A stretch of DNA of 61,295 nt, counting the filler. It is 8 parts of 8 records of this genome, joined end to end, with 100 filler letters (N's around TTAATTAATTAA, not from the genome) between each part and the next. Parts side by side here need not be neighbours in the genome. Positions count along the whole stretch, not along the records: positions 28,904 to 34,282 come from SRR31156797_60028; positions 34,383 to 43,578 come from SRR31156797_60032; 6 more parts are not named here. One strand, given 5' to 3'. Each line of letters opens with the position of its first letter. Positions within the stretch are counted from its first letter, which is position 1. Both the position numbers and the translations under genes were made by a program. The notes beneath the pieces are model-generated. The model made no database searches, was not told the DNA's origin, and worked only from the letters and a program-made list of their open reading frames with translations. This document shows positions 28,904 through 38,613 of this stretch, in pieces.

Positions 28904-29428
28904 GATGATCTGGTTGGCGACCTTGCAGGTCTGGCCGTCACCGTTGCCGCCGACCAGGGTGATGTTCTTGCCCATCAGGTCGAACAGCGGCTTGACCGCA
29001 TCGAAGGTGCCCTGCTCGCCGCCGACCATGATCGTCAGGGTCGCGTTCTGGGCCCCGACCTGGCCGCCGGAAACCGGGGCATCCAGGTACTGGGCGCCGA
29101 GATCGTTGATCTTTTTGGCGAACTCCTTGGTATCGACCGGCGAGATCGAGCTCATGTCGACGACGGTCTTGCCTTTGATATCCGCCTCGGCAACGCCGCC
29201 CGCACCGAACAGCACCGCCTCGACGTCGGGCGTGTCCGGAACCATGACGATGATGACGTCGCCGAATTCGGCCGCCGCCTTGGCGGAACCGCAATCGGTC
29301 GCGCCCTTCGCCGTCAGTTCGGCCGGGATCGGGCCGATGTCGCAGGCGGCGACTTCGTGGCCGCCGTCGATCAGGTGTGCGGCCATGGGGTTGCCCATGA
29401 TGCCGACGCCGATGAATCCGATTTTCAT
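28904..29428 (-). CDS. glxR: 2-hydroxy-3-oxopropionate (tartronate semialdehyde) reductase, truncated
   Basis: 'IGFIGVGIMG.PMA', 'MVPDTPDVEAVLFG', 'DMSSISP', 'DAPVSGG', 'GDGQTCKVANQII'; follows hyi. Confidence 0.88.
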
Positions 29429-29458
29429 GTTGTCTATCCTCCAGATAAAAGGAACGAA

Positions 29459-30235
29459 TTACTTGTAAGGCGCGAACCAGCCGAGGCCCGCCTCGGTGGC
29501 GGCGGCCGGAACGTATTCGCAGCCGATCCAGCCGTCGTAACCGGCTTTGTCGATGACGCCGAACAGGAACGGATAGTTGATTTCACCGGTGCCCGGTTCG
29601 TGACGGCCGGGCGTGTCGGCCAGTTGCATATGCCCGATGGACGCGACGTTGGCGGTAATCGTATTGGCCAGTTCGCCCTCCATGCGCTGCATGTGATAGA
29701 TGTCGTATTGGAACTTCAGGTTCGACGCCCCGACCTCGGCCATGATGTCGAGCGCCTGCTTCGAATAGTTCAGGAAGAACCCGGGCATGTCGCGAACGTT
29801 GATCGCCTCGATGACCAGCATGATGTTCGCTTTCGCCGTCTCGGCGGCGGCGAACCGGATGTTCTCGACGTAGGTGGTGTGCAGCTTGCCCGCATCGGCG
29901 CCTTCCGGCTTCAGGCCGGCCATGGCGTGCAGGCGCGGACAATTCAGCGCCTTGGCGTATTCGATCGCCTTGCCGACGCCGTCCTGGAATTCGCCCTCGC
30001 GTCCCGGCAGGCAGGCCAGGCCGCGTTCGCCGGCATCCCAGTCACCCGGCGGCATGTTGAACAGCACCTGCTGAAGGCCGGTGGCCTGCAGGCGCCCGGC
30101 CAGGTCTTCCTTGGCGAAGGCGTAGGGAAACAGGAACTCGACGCCCTTGAAGCCGGCGCCGGCGGCGGCGGCGAAGCGATCGAGAAAATCGACCTCGTTG
30201 AACTGCATGGATAGATTGGCGGCAAATTTGGGCAT
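29459..30235 (-). CDS. hyi: Hydroxypyruvate isomerase
   Basis: 'MPKFAANLSM.F.EV.FLDRF', 'VEFLFPY', 'GERG', 'QYDIYHMQ', 'ADTPGRHEPGTGEINY', 'GCEY'; the OtnI paralog is not excluded. Confidence 0.85.
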   Translation of the reverse strand: MPKFAANLSMQFNEVDFLDRFAAAAGAGFKGVEFLFPYAFAKEDLAGRLQATGLQQVLFNMPPGDWDAGERGLACLPGREGEFQDGVGKAIEYAKALNCPRLHAMAGLKPEGADAGKLHTTYVENIRFAAAETAKANIMLVIEAINVRDMPGFFLNYSKQALDIMAEVGASNLKFQYDIYHMQRMEGELANTITANVASIGHMQLADTPGRHEPGTGEINYPFLFGVIDKAGYDGWIGCEYVPAAATEAGLGWFAPYK

Positions 30236-30497
30236 TCAAATATCTCCCCTGGGTTTCGACCCGGCTCGGATCGAATTGTATCGTTCACTTAGTCCGGCTG
30301 GGGCCGGCGGGCAACCGCTCCCCGCCTCCAGTCATTTCGCGTTGAGAAAAAGTGGGAAAATCCGGCACCGTTGGTATCAAAGGTATACCGACGCATCCGG
30401 GTCCGGTCAATCGATCGCGGGGCACCGGAAACCGGCTCCCGGCATCGGCCTTTCGATCCCGCTTCAATCGATGAAACTTGCACATAAAACATCCGGG

Positions 30498-31181
30498 CTA
30501 CTTTCCTTCGAAGACCCGCAATCGCGAACGGATCAGATGGTTGCGCATCGCGTCCCGCGCCGCATCGGCATTCCGGGTTCGGATCGCATCGACCAAAACC
30601 TCGTGCTCTTCGAACGATTCGGCGGCATGCCGCCGGCAAATCGTTTGCCCCAGGGTCTTGCTGATGTTCATTCCGAACAGGATATACGGCCGGATCGACA
30701 GCATGATCGATTCGAAAAAGTGATTTCGGCTGGCGGCCGCCAGCAGCAGGTGGAACTCGGTATCCTCGGCGGTGTGGATTTCGCCTTCCTCGATGATGCG
30801 CCTCATCTCGGCGATATGGGCATCGAAATTGCGCAGGTCCTCTTCGCTTCGCCGCAGGGCCGCGAAATAGGCGATTTCACCTTCAATGGCGATTCTGAAT
30901 TCGAAACACTTTTCCAGGTCGGCCAGGCTTCCAAACGGGGCGAGAGACTCGGCCGCCCCTATCGGGCGGTCAACCACCGTACTGCCCGACCCCTGCCGCG
31001 ACACGATATAGCCTTCGTCCTTCAGCTTCGCCAAGGCGTTGCGGACGGTTGTCCGCGTCACCCCGTAGCGCCGCGACAGAACCAATTCGGTCGGCAGGCG
31101 GGTATTCGGAGGGAACTCGCCTCCGGCGATGCTGTTGAGCAGATCGAGATAAAGCTCGTCGGCTACCGATGGCCGTCGCAA
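30498..31181 (-). CDS. GntR/FadR-family regulator
   Basis: 'RLPTE..L...YGV.RTTVR.AL..L...G....RQGSG' and FCD domain 'D..FH..LA.AS.N'; likely TTG start at 31181 after GGAGGG. Confidence 0.9.
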   Translation of the reverse strand: MRRPSVADELYLDLLNSIAGGEFPPNTRLPTELVLSRRYGVTRTTVRNALAKLKDEGYIVSRQGSGSTVVDRPIGAAESLAPFGSLADLEKCFEFRIAIEGEIAYFAALRRSEEDLRNFDAHIAEMRRIIEEGEIHTAEDTEFHLLLAAASRNHFFESIMLSIRPYILFGMNISKTLGQTICRRHAAESFEEHEVLVDAIRTRNADAARDAMRNHLIRSRLRVFEGK

Positions 31182-31404
31182 AGCCCCGTTCCCCTCCGTG
31201 CAAGACGCAAACAAACCGCTATGCCCTCTACGATACAAATCAAAATACGAATGGATCGATACGTTGGAAACCCATTTTCCGCGATTTCCGGCTGCCCGAA
31301 CCGAAGCGAAACCGCCCCGAATCCGGGCTTCGCGAAGACCAACGCCAGGGGACGCGAGCGGCCGGGCGGTCGTGCTACCCGGCCCGCGAACGCGCCTGCC
31401 AACG

Positions 31405-33405
31405 TTATGCGTCGAGGCGGGCCTTGATCGCTTCGGCGACCTGTTTGCCGGTGAAACCGAAATGTTCGTTGATCTCGCTGGTCAGCCCGGAGGCCCCGAA
31501 GGTGGTCATGCCGATGACCAGACCGTCGGCACCGACATAGCGCTCCCAGCCGACCGCGGTTGCCGCCTCGACCGAGACCTTCAAGGCGCCGGGGCCGAGA
31601 ATCGCCTGGCGGTATTCTTCCGGCTGCTGATCGAAAATCTCCAGGCAGGGCATCGAGACGACGCGTGTCGGAATGCCTTCGGCCTGAAGGATTTCGCGGG
31701 CGTCGCGGGCGACGCAGACCTCGGACCCGGTGGCCAGGATGTTGACCTTCACCTCGCCGTCGGCTTCCGCAAACACGTAGGCGCCCTTCCGGCAGAGGTT
31801 CTCGTCCGTGTGCTCGAAACGGATCTGCGGCACCGCCTCGCGGGTCAGGACCAGGGTCACCGGCTGATCCTCGGCTTCCAGAACCAGTTCCCAGCATTCG
31901 GCCGCTTCGACGGCGTCGGCCGGCCGCAGGAACAGGAAGTTCGGGATCGCCCGCAAGGCCACGAAATGTTCGACCGGCTGGTGGGTCGGGCCGTCCGGCC
32001 CCTGGGTAATGGTGTCATGGGTGAACAGATAGATGACCTTCTGTTCCATCAGCGCGGTCAGGCGCACGGCCGGGCGGCAATAGTCGGAAAAGCACAGGAA
32101 GGTGGCGCAATAGGGCAGCAGTCCCTTGTGCAAGGCCAGGCCGTTGGAAATCGCCGCCATCGCATGTTCGCGCACGCCGAAATGGATATATCGGCCGGAA
32201 AAGTCGCCCGGCGCGATTTCGGGGAAACCGTCCGGCCGGCTCAGGTTGCTCGGCGTCAGATCGGCCGATCCGCCGATCAGATTGGGAATTACCGGAACCA
32301 GGGCCTCCATGATCTTCTTCGACGCCAGCCGGGTCGGCTGATCGGCCGGCGACGCGACCGCCGCCTTTTTCGCCTCGGCCAGGACCGCACGCCAGTCTTC
32401 GCCGATGTCGCCGTCCATCCAGGCCTGGAAGGTATCGCGCGAACCGGCATCCATCGCCGCCAGACGATCGGTCCAGGCGGCATGATCGGCCTCGCACTTT
32501 CGTCCGGCCTGGCGCCAGGCCTCGAGGATTTCGGCCGGTATGGTGAACGGTTCGTGTGGCCAGCCCAATGCCTCGCGGGCGCCGGCGACTTCGGCGTCAT
32601 CCGGCGGCACGCCATGGGCGGCGGCGGTGCCGGCCTTGGTCGGAAAGGCGTAGCCGATGGTTGTACGGCAGGCGACGACGCAGGGTTTTTCGACCCTTTT
32701 GGCTTCCTCAATGGCCTTGGTCACGGCATCGGCATCGTGACCGTCGACGGCGATCCAGTGCCAACCGCAGGCCTCGGTCCGGGCCTTCTGGTCTTCCGAG
32801 GTGGCCAGGCTGGTCGGGCCGTCGATGGTGATCTGGTTGTCGTCGAACAGGACAATCAGCTTGTTCAGTTTCAGATGCCCGGCCAACGCCATGGACTCGT
32901 AGGAAAGGCCTTCCATCAGGCAGCCGTCGCCGGCCAGGGCATAGGTGTAGTGATCGACCAGACCGTCCCCGAATTTGTCGGCCAGCATGCGTTCGGCCAG
33001 CGCCATGCCGACGGCCATTCCCAACCCCTGACCGAGAGGGCCGGTGGTCGCTTCGACGCCGATCGGCAGATCGACCTCGGGATGGCCCGGGGTGCGGCTG
33101 CCGACCCGGCGGAAGTCCTTGATATCGTCCATCGTCATGTCCGCATAGCCGAGCAGATGGGCCAGCGAATAGAGCAGCATCGAGCCGTGCCCCGCCGACA
33201 AAACGAAGCGGTCGCGATCCGGCCAATCGGGATGCGCCGGATCGAATTTCAAAAACTTCGTGAACAAAACCGTGGCGAAATCTGCCGCCCCCATGGGCAG
33301 CCCCGGATGGCCTGTCTGGACCCGGTTAATGGCATCCATGGACAGGGCGCGGACGGCATTGGCCATGTCCCGTTGCGTGACGTTTTCCATCTGCTTCGTC
33401 GTCAT
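31405..33405 (-). CDS. tkt: Transketolase (divergent paralog)
   Basis: 'GHPGLPMG', 'RDRFVLSAGHGS', 'TTGPLGQG', TPP motif 'GDGCLMEG', 'GVREHAM', 'DGPTHQ'; ATG 33405 after AGAGGA. Confidence 0.93.
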   Translation of the reverse strand: MTTKQMENVTQRDMANAVRALSMDAINRVQTGHPGLPMGAADFATVLFTKFLKFDPAHPDWPDRDRFVLSAGHGSMLLYSLAHLLGYADMTMDDIKDFRRVGSRTPGHPEVDLPIGVEATTGPLGQGLGMAVGMALAERMLADKFGDGLVDHYTYALAGDGCLMEGLSYESMALAGHLKLNKLIVLFDDNQITIDGPTSLATSEDQKARTEACGWHWIAVDGHDADAVTKAIEEAKRVEKPCVVACRTTIGYAFPTKAGTAAAHGVPPDDAEVAGAREALGWPHEPFTIPAEILEAWRQAGRKCEADHAAWTDRLAAMDAGSRDTFQAWMDGDIGEDWRAVLAEAKKAAVASPADQPTRLASKKIMEALVPVIPNLIGGSADLTPSNLSRPDGFPEIAPGDFSGRYIHFGVREHAMAAISNGLALHKGLLPYCATFLCFSDYCRPAVRLTALMEQKVIYLFTHDTITQGPDGPTHQPVEHFVALRAIPNFLFLRPADAVEAAECWELVLEAEDQPVTLVLTREAVPQIRFEHTDENLCRKGAYVFAEADGEVKVNILATGSEVCVARDAREILQAEGIPTRVVSMPCLEIFDQQPEEYRQAILGPGALKVSVEAATAVGWERYVGADGLVIGMTTFGASGLTSEINEHFGFTGKQVAEAIKARLDA

Positions 33406-33482
33406 CTCGATGTTTCCTCTTTTTTTTCGTCGAACGCCGGGGTTTCGGTCGCCGGCGTTATCCCACGGGTTATTCCCGGCGC

Positions 33483-33950
33483 CTATTGGCTGTTTTTCTG
33501 GGTCGTGAATTCGATCATCATGCCGTCGGGCAGGACGATGAAAATGATGCGGTTGCCGGCATTCGGCCCCTGGTCGACTTCCATAAAGGTGGGCGACAGG
33601 GTGGTGATCCGATCGTCGTAGGCCAGACTGTCGGCAATCGCCGCTTCGATGTCGTCGACGACCAGAGCCATATGGAAATGGCCGCCATCGACCATGCGCG
33701 GCTTGTAGGCCTTGCGATCGGCAGGGCCGCTGTAACACAGCAGTTCCAGATTGTGGCCGGGACCGGCGACATAGGCGATTTCGACATCGGCCCCCGGGAC
33801 ATTGGTTATGAAGGCCGTGTTGTTCGGATCGCGCGGCGCCCGGTTGATCAGTTCGTAGCCGAGAACGTCACACAAAAAGCCGACGGTGAAATCGAGATCG
33901 GCAACGCAGATTCCCGTGTGAAAGGTTTTAAGCACCTTGAAATTGGCCAA
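33483..33950 (-). CDS. VOC/glyoxalase-family protein
   Basis: 'HTGICVADL....F..DVLG', 'LELL.Y', 'HMALVVDDI', 'PDG..IE'; TTG start. Confidence 0.85.
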   Translation of the reverse strand: MANFKVLKTFHTGICVADLDFTVGFLCDVLGYELINRAPRDPNNTAFITNVPGADVEIAYVAGPGHNLELLCYSGPADRKAYKPRMVDGGHFHMALVVDDIEAAIADSLAYDDRITTLSPTFMEVDQGPNAGNRIIFIVLPDGMMIEFTTQKNSQ

Positions 33951-34083
33951 CTTCCATTCCTCCGTTGGTTCGTTTTTTGCCTTCGCGGCACCGATCGTTT
34001 CGTCGGCCCCACCCTAGTTCAATCGCCTTCCAGCGTCGAGCCGGCTGGCACCCCGAAGCGATGAACTGCGACGGGTCGGTCGG

Positions 34084-34282
34084 TCATTCGTCGTTGCGTG
34101 TCGTGAACTCGATATGCACGCCGTCGGGCAGCACGACGAACTGAATGCTGTTGCCCTTGTTCGGCCCCTGGTCGACGATCAGGGGCGTTTCGGAAAGCGG
34201 GCGGATTCGGACGTCATAGCTTTTGCAGGCGGCAACCACCGCCTCGACGTCGTCGACCACGAACGAGATGTGATAGTGACCG
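34084..34282 (-). CDS. Second VOC-family paralog (5' truncated; not in the ORF track)
   Basis: Minus-strand translation '...GHYHISFVVDDVEAVVAACKSYDVRIRPLSETPLIVDQGPNKGNSIQFVVLPDGVHIEFTTRNDE*' aligns with the C-terminal half of 33483-33950. Confidence 0.85.
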
Positions 34283-34382
34283 NNNNNNNNNNNNNNNNNN
34301 NNNNNNNNNNNNNNNNNNNNNNNNNNTTAATTAATTAANNNNNNNNNNNNNNNNNNNNNNNNNNNNNNNNNNNNNNNNNNNN
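34283..34382. other. Artificial contig spacer
   Basis: 44 N + TTAATTAATTAA + 44 N. Confidence 0.99.
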
Positions 34383-35696
34383 AAGAAAGGTATCTTGAAA
34401 TACAAAAGAGACGGTGTGCATCAATCTTTCCGGGGTCATATCCCGCACATCAACACCACCGACGCGAACAGAACCCTGCCGAGCATCCCAAAACCGGGGA
34501 ATCAATCTGGCAACGGTACTTTTCCCTGCACCGGAAGGCCCAACAAGGGCCGTGACGGTTCCTGCAGCGGCAGTAAAACTGACGTCAGTCAACGCATCAT
34601 CATCTCTTCCTTCGTATGCAAAACTCACATTTTCAAAAGAAATAGCAGCATGTTTGGGCGCATGATCCACCCCGGACACAGGCAGTCCCTCGACCTCCAG
34701 CAAATCTTGTATGCGAAGCGCACTGGCGTTGGCTTTACGAATAAAAAAATTAAGCCACATCAATTGAGCCAAAGACTCGGCCATGCCTGTCCCCAACAGG
34801 AGGATTCCAGCCCACGAGGAAAAACTCAGGCTGCCATTTTGAAAAAAGATCAATCCTGCCACGGTCAAAGCCAACAGTGTCGGCATAGGAGCAAGAGTGG
34901 CTATGGCTATTTTCGCACTGGTTCCCGAGAGTTTAAGCCACTCGACCATAATCGCTTTAAATCCATCGAGAGCTGACTGATAACGACCAAAAGATACGGC
35001 TCCGTCATCAAAGGTCCGAACAACCGGCATGGCCTGCACAAATTCAACGACCGTGCTGTTGATTCTTTCTCTTTCCGCATCATAGCGACGTTGCATTTCC
35101 GTATTTCCCCGCATGCCCAGCCACATGCACACTCCACCGGTCAGCAGGACACCCAAAGCGACCAAAGCCAACCGCCAATCGACCACCAGCAAAAGAACCA
35201 ATGTCGCCAGAGGAGCAGCAACACCACGCCCGATCATGGGAGTACTGTCAGCCACGAAGGCATGCAAAGCCTTGACGTCATCCTGCACCACTTTGGCAAT
35301 CGCTCCGGAACCATGTCCCAACAGATAGCCAAGTGGTATTTTCGCTAAGTGATCAGTCAAGTTTGTGCGCAACAAGATTTCCAGCCTGAAGGCTGCAAGA
35401 TGCGAAACGGTAAACGAATACATGCGAAGAAAAATAGAAGCCAAAGTCAAGGAAATGGACAGAAGTACCCATACCCACAGCCGTGGGTCTTTGGTAAGGA
35501 GCGCTGTAATTACCAAAGCAAGAGAAGCGACACCCCCCAAACCGGCAATAGAGCCAACAGCCGACATCACCATGGCCAAATAAATGCCCGGATTAACTGG
35601 TCGCATCAGCTCCCAGATACCACGCTTGTTTTTTTCACCACCACCAGAACATAGCGACGTTTGTTCACAACAACTCTTTTTTGTTTGTGAATACAT
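34383..35696 (-). CDS. YbtP/IrtA-like fused permease-ATPase ABC transporter (truncated)
   Basis: 'SHLAAFRLE..LR..L..HL..IPLG', 'DDVK.LH.FVAD', 'VEFVQAMPVVRTFD', 'VGPSGAGKSTVARLIPRFWD'; ATG 35696 after GAGG. Confidence 0.85.
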
Positions 35697-36029
35697 TTTA
35701 GACCTCACTTGATGAAGGAGACGACATCCCAAACAAAAGGAAATCTTTATCCTTCAAAAGGTTTCAAGTAATAAGAAGAAACGACATTATTCCCAACCCC
35801 AAAATGGCGTCATACGCACAAAATCACACACTAAAGGACTGGAAAAAGACAGGGCTACAGCCCTCCAAATTTCCTGCGATCATTCAGGGATATCCACAGG
35901 CTTTGTTCGTTTGATTCAAGACTTGAAGAAATACAGAGGCAAACCTTATGTTTCCACCCCGATCAGTAGAAACTAAGACGCAAACAGGAAAAATTGCCTA
36001 GAGGTATAAAGGAAGGATGGAACACTCAA

Positions 36030-37085
36030 CTAGGAACGAACAAGATAGGAAGACGGTAGCCGGCCATGAAAACGTTTGAAGGCCCTGCTAAAATGGCTAG
36101 GATTTGAATACCCCACAAATGCAGCGGCCTGCATGACCGAGCATCGCCCGGACTCTATGAGCCCCAAAGCCTTTTCCATACGAAGCTTACGAATATACGC
36201 TCCGATGGACAGCCCGGTCTCTGCACGGAAATCAGTTTTGAGATAGCATTCATTAATCCCAACCCTTCGCGATAATGAAGAAATAGTCGGCGGTGCACCC
36301 CACTCTTCATCCAAAATACTTCGGGCTTCATCAACAGCCCGTTGTCGCTGTGGCCGGTTACCCGGACAATGGTTTTTCAATGGGCCGTCAAGCATCAACA
36401 TTCGACACAAAAAATCAAGGGCCAAAGACTCAAACCGCAATCGACCACACAGTGTATGCCGTTGAGTCAAGTACAATTTCTTGGCTATCTGCATGACCGG
36501 ATGGTCGCAAGGCATGGCCCGTGCCTTTGGAACAGCGCCGAATTGAACGAATTCATTACGCTGCGACCTCCCTTCCACAAGCTTTTCGAGAGACTGACTC
36601 AATTCACAGGAGGCACCCCCTAGCCATGCGTCCAGCATCCCTTGAGACAACCCCACGGAGATGCCACTAATAAACTTTTCTGCCGGTTGCACACACCTCA
36701 CTTCCCCTCGTTTCCCCGTACAAAACCACAAATCACCACCCTGAACGATTTCCGCCTGACGCCCGTCCAAGGACGAAATTCTAAAATCACCAGAAAGCAT
36801 AATGCTAAATTTGAAAGAGGACCCTAACTCCTCGTAATGGCTATCCAACGGGTCTTCAAGTTTATAACCGCACAGCCCCACACTGGGCCCGCTGTTCATA
36901 TGCAGCAACTCAGAGAACCCCTCACCAAACCCCTCGGATACTTCCCATCGATAGTCATCATAGCAGCCTCCCCTAGAAATCGGTTTCTCTACAAAATGAC
37001 GCAGGCCATTGTAATAATTCTGATACTGCTCAACAATAGATGAGCACCCTTTGGCCCACATGCCGATTCCTGATTCCATATACAT
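36030..37085 (-). CDS. PchR/YbtA-type AraC regulator
   Basis: 'PPTISSLSRRVGINECYLK..F....G.SI..Y....RMEKA..L', 'A.FVGYSNPSHFS.AFK..HG.LPS'. Confidence 0.88.
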   Translation of the reverse strand: MYMESGIGMWAKGCSSIVEQYQNYYNGLRHFVEKPISRGGCYDDYRWEVSEGFGEGFSELLHMNSGPSVGLCGYKLEDPLDSHYEELGSSFKFSIMLSGDFRISSLDGRQAEIVQGGDLWFCTGKRGEVRCVQPAEKFISGISVGLSQGMLDAWLGGASCELSQSLEKLVEGRSQRNEFVQFGAVPKARAMPCDHPVMQIAKKLYLTQRHTLCGRLRFESLALDFLCRMLMLDGPLKNHCPGNRPQRQRAVDEARSILDEEWGAPPTISSLSRRVGINECYLKTDFRAETGLSIGAYIRKLRMEKALGLIESGRCSVMQAAAFVGYSNPSHFSRAFKRFHGRLPSSYLVRS

Positions 37086-37221
37086 GAAATAACCTACTCG
37101 ATTGTTATGTCCATTTTGACCTCATCATACTCAAAATGATCAGCTCTGAATTGCTTCATAACCCAATCTTCCAAGTTCATAACCAAGAGGGATGTCACAC
37201 TGAACATTCACCATATTTTAT

Positions 37222-37240
37222 GAGGTTGATTTTCATTATC
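37222..37240 (-). promoter_or_regulatory. Fur box upstream of the AraC gene
   Basis: Minus strand GATAATGAAAATCAACCTC matches 15/19 of the consensus GATAATGATAATCATTATC. Confidence 0.7.
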
Positions 37241-37383
37241 AATATGCATATCCTCTGTCAAGATACGATTTAATAGACCATCTCTCACCATTCCGACTCT
37301 TTCATAAAGCCAATACAACCTTAAAAAGGGATTTGCGACTATCTCATCACAAATCCCTTCATTCAATTTAGAATCGTCTGGAT

Positions 37384-37836
37384 TTACTTCTCTGGGTAAT
37401 ACTTCAGCAGTGCCTTCACGCATTTTTCCAAAGTATCAACAGGTTCCATGGTGGCGTTCTGTTTGACTTTCATGGCAGCCAGAATAACGGCATGATGTTT
37501 TTTCAATCGCTCAACATAATCTTTCTGATCTGGTTTGACGCGCTGGGTCAAAAAATAATCTGCTATCGCACTGATAATTCTTTGTGAGTGTGCTTCCTTG
37601 TTCATGACCCAACGAGTGAACTGCTGTTTTGATTGAACGTCAGTCTTTCCGACCAACTCATTAAGCATGGTCACGGCTTTACGAACTGTCGTCACATCTT
37701 CCATCATGGCAACAACACGCGCATTGTCGTCATAAATACCACACGGTACCTGACAATGTGTTAACGCCTGTCGAGGGAGGATCACGACAGAGAGACAAAC
37801 AACCAACAATAACCCTACCCGTAGTACAATTCTCAT
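37384..37836 (-). CDS. sodN: Nickel superoxide dismutase precursor with signal peptide
   Basis: Ni-hook 'HCQVPCGIYD' directly after a Sec-type leader; 'Q..RWV..KE.H', 'YFLTQRVKP'; ATG 37836 after AAGGAG. Confidence 0.9.
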   Translation of the reverse strand: MRIVLRVGLLLVVCLSVVILPRQALTHCQVPCGIYDDNARVVAMMEDVTTVRKAVTMLNELVGKTDVQSKQQFTRWVMNKEAHSQRIISAIADYFLTQRVKPDQKDYVERLKKHHAVILAAMKVKQNATMEPVDTLEKCVKALLKYYPEK

Positions 37837-38102
37837 ACTCGAATCTCCTTGAACAAAGTTGTTACATCTAAACCCAATTTTATACGGTTTTGCAGTGATT
37901 GCGTCCAGTATCAACTGGCATATTCCTATTCACGTTGAGAATTATAAAAGCATCCTCTTTCATGCTGGCCTGTACATAATTCCATACCTCTTACTGGTGA
38001 AAATTCACTAAAAATGATATGGTCACATGGGTTTTCTCACCTTCCCGTATCCTCAACGCACATACCCATGAACATTTATTCACTTTTTAAAAGGAGAAGT
38101 TT

Positions 38103-38600
38103 ATGTGTGCATCCAAATTTTGGATTCAAGGACTGTCCATTTTTATCCTTGCGACAGTCATTGTACTCTCTACGTCCTTTGTCTGGGCGTATGGAGGGGG
38201 AGGAGGCGGAACAGGAGCCTTTGAACGAGACGCAAATTCAGGTTGTGGAGCGTCCTTTGGAACGATGGGAACATACGCTCCATATTCAAATGGCATTACA
38301 GACCACGCCTCATACCAAGCTCAATTTGAAGCTGATGTCGCAGAGGAACAGGCTGATGTCCGCGATGGATACTATGGAGACTATCATGATAAAAAAGATG
38401 AAGGCCGTGCCGTATCTGCCATCGCCTGGGATGAGACCCTTGATGTCTCTCCGGATGAACGAAAACTCGCCTTTGTCCTTGAAAACATGATGGCAAATGG
38501 TGCGATCAACACACGACAAGCGTACGCAATGATGGCAATTTACCGAGCAGGAAAGGAGCGACAACGACAACAAGCGAGCCGCTCCAACCGGCGATATTAA
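38103..38600 (+). CDS. Hypothetical secreted protein
   Basis: AAGGAG RBS, signal peptide ending VWA, Gly-rich mature N-terminus. Confidence 0.65.
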   Translation: MCASKFWIQGLSIFILATVIVLSTSFVWAYGGGGGGTGAFERDANSGCGASFGTMGTYAPYSNGITDHASYQAQFEADVAEEQADVRDGYYGDYHDKKDEGRAVSAIAWDETLDVSPDERKLAFVLENMMANGAINTRQAYAMMAIYRAGKERQRQQASRSNRRY

Positions 38601-38613
38601 TGAGGAGATCATA

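Noticed and set aside
30371-30390. TTGGTATCAAAGGTATACCG as a FadR operator upstream of hyi
   Set aside because: Only a short GGTATACC core and no convincing second copy; too weak to call
30147-31427. 426-aa plus-strand ORF
   Set aside because: Overlaps hyi, the FadR gene and tkt on the opposite strand; no protein family features
31198-33621. 807-aa plus-strand ORF
   Set aside because: Antisense shadow of the transketolase in high-GC DNA; no motifs
33406-33738. 111-aa N-terminal extension of transketolase in the ORF track (possible fusion)
   Set aside because: Overlaps the VOC gene in another frame; a good RBS and ATG exist at 33405
35733-36029. Possible cobalamin or other riboswitch before the ABC transporter
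   Set aside because: No B12-box or other riboswitch core recognised on either strand; a covariance-model search would be needed to exclude it
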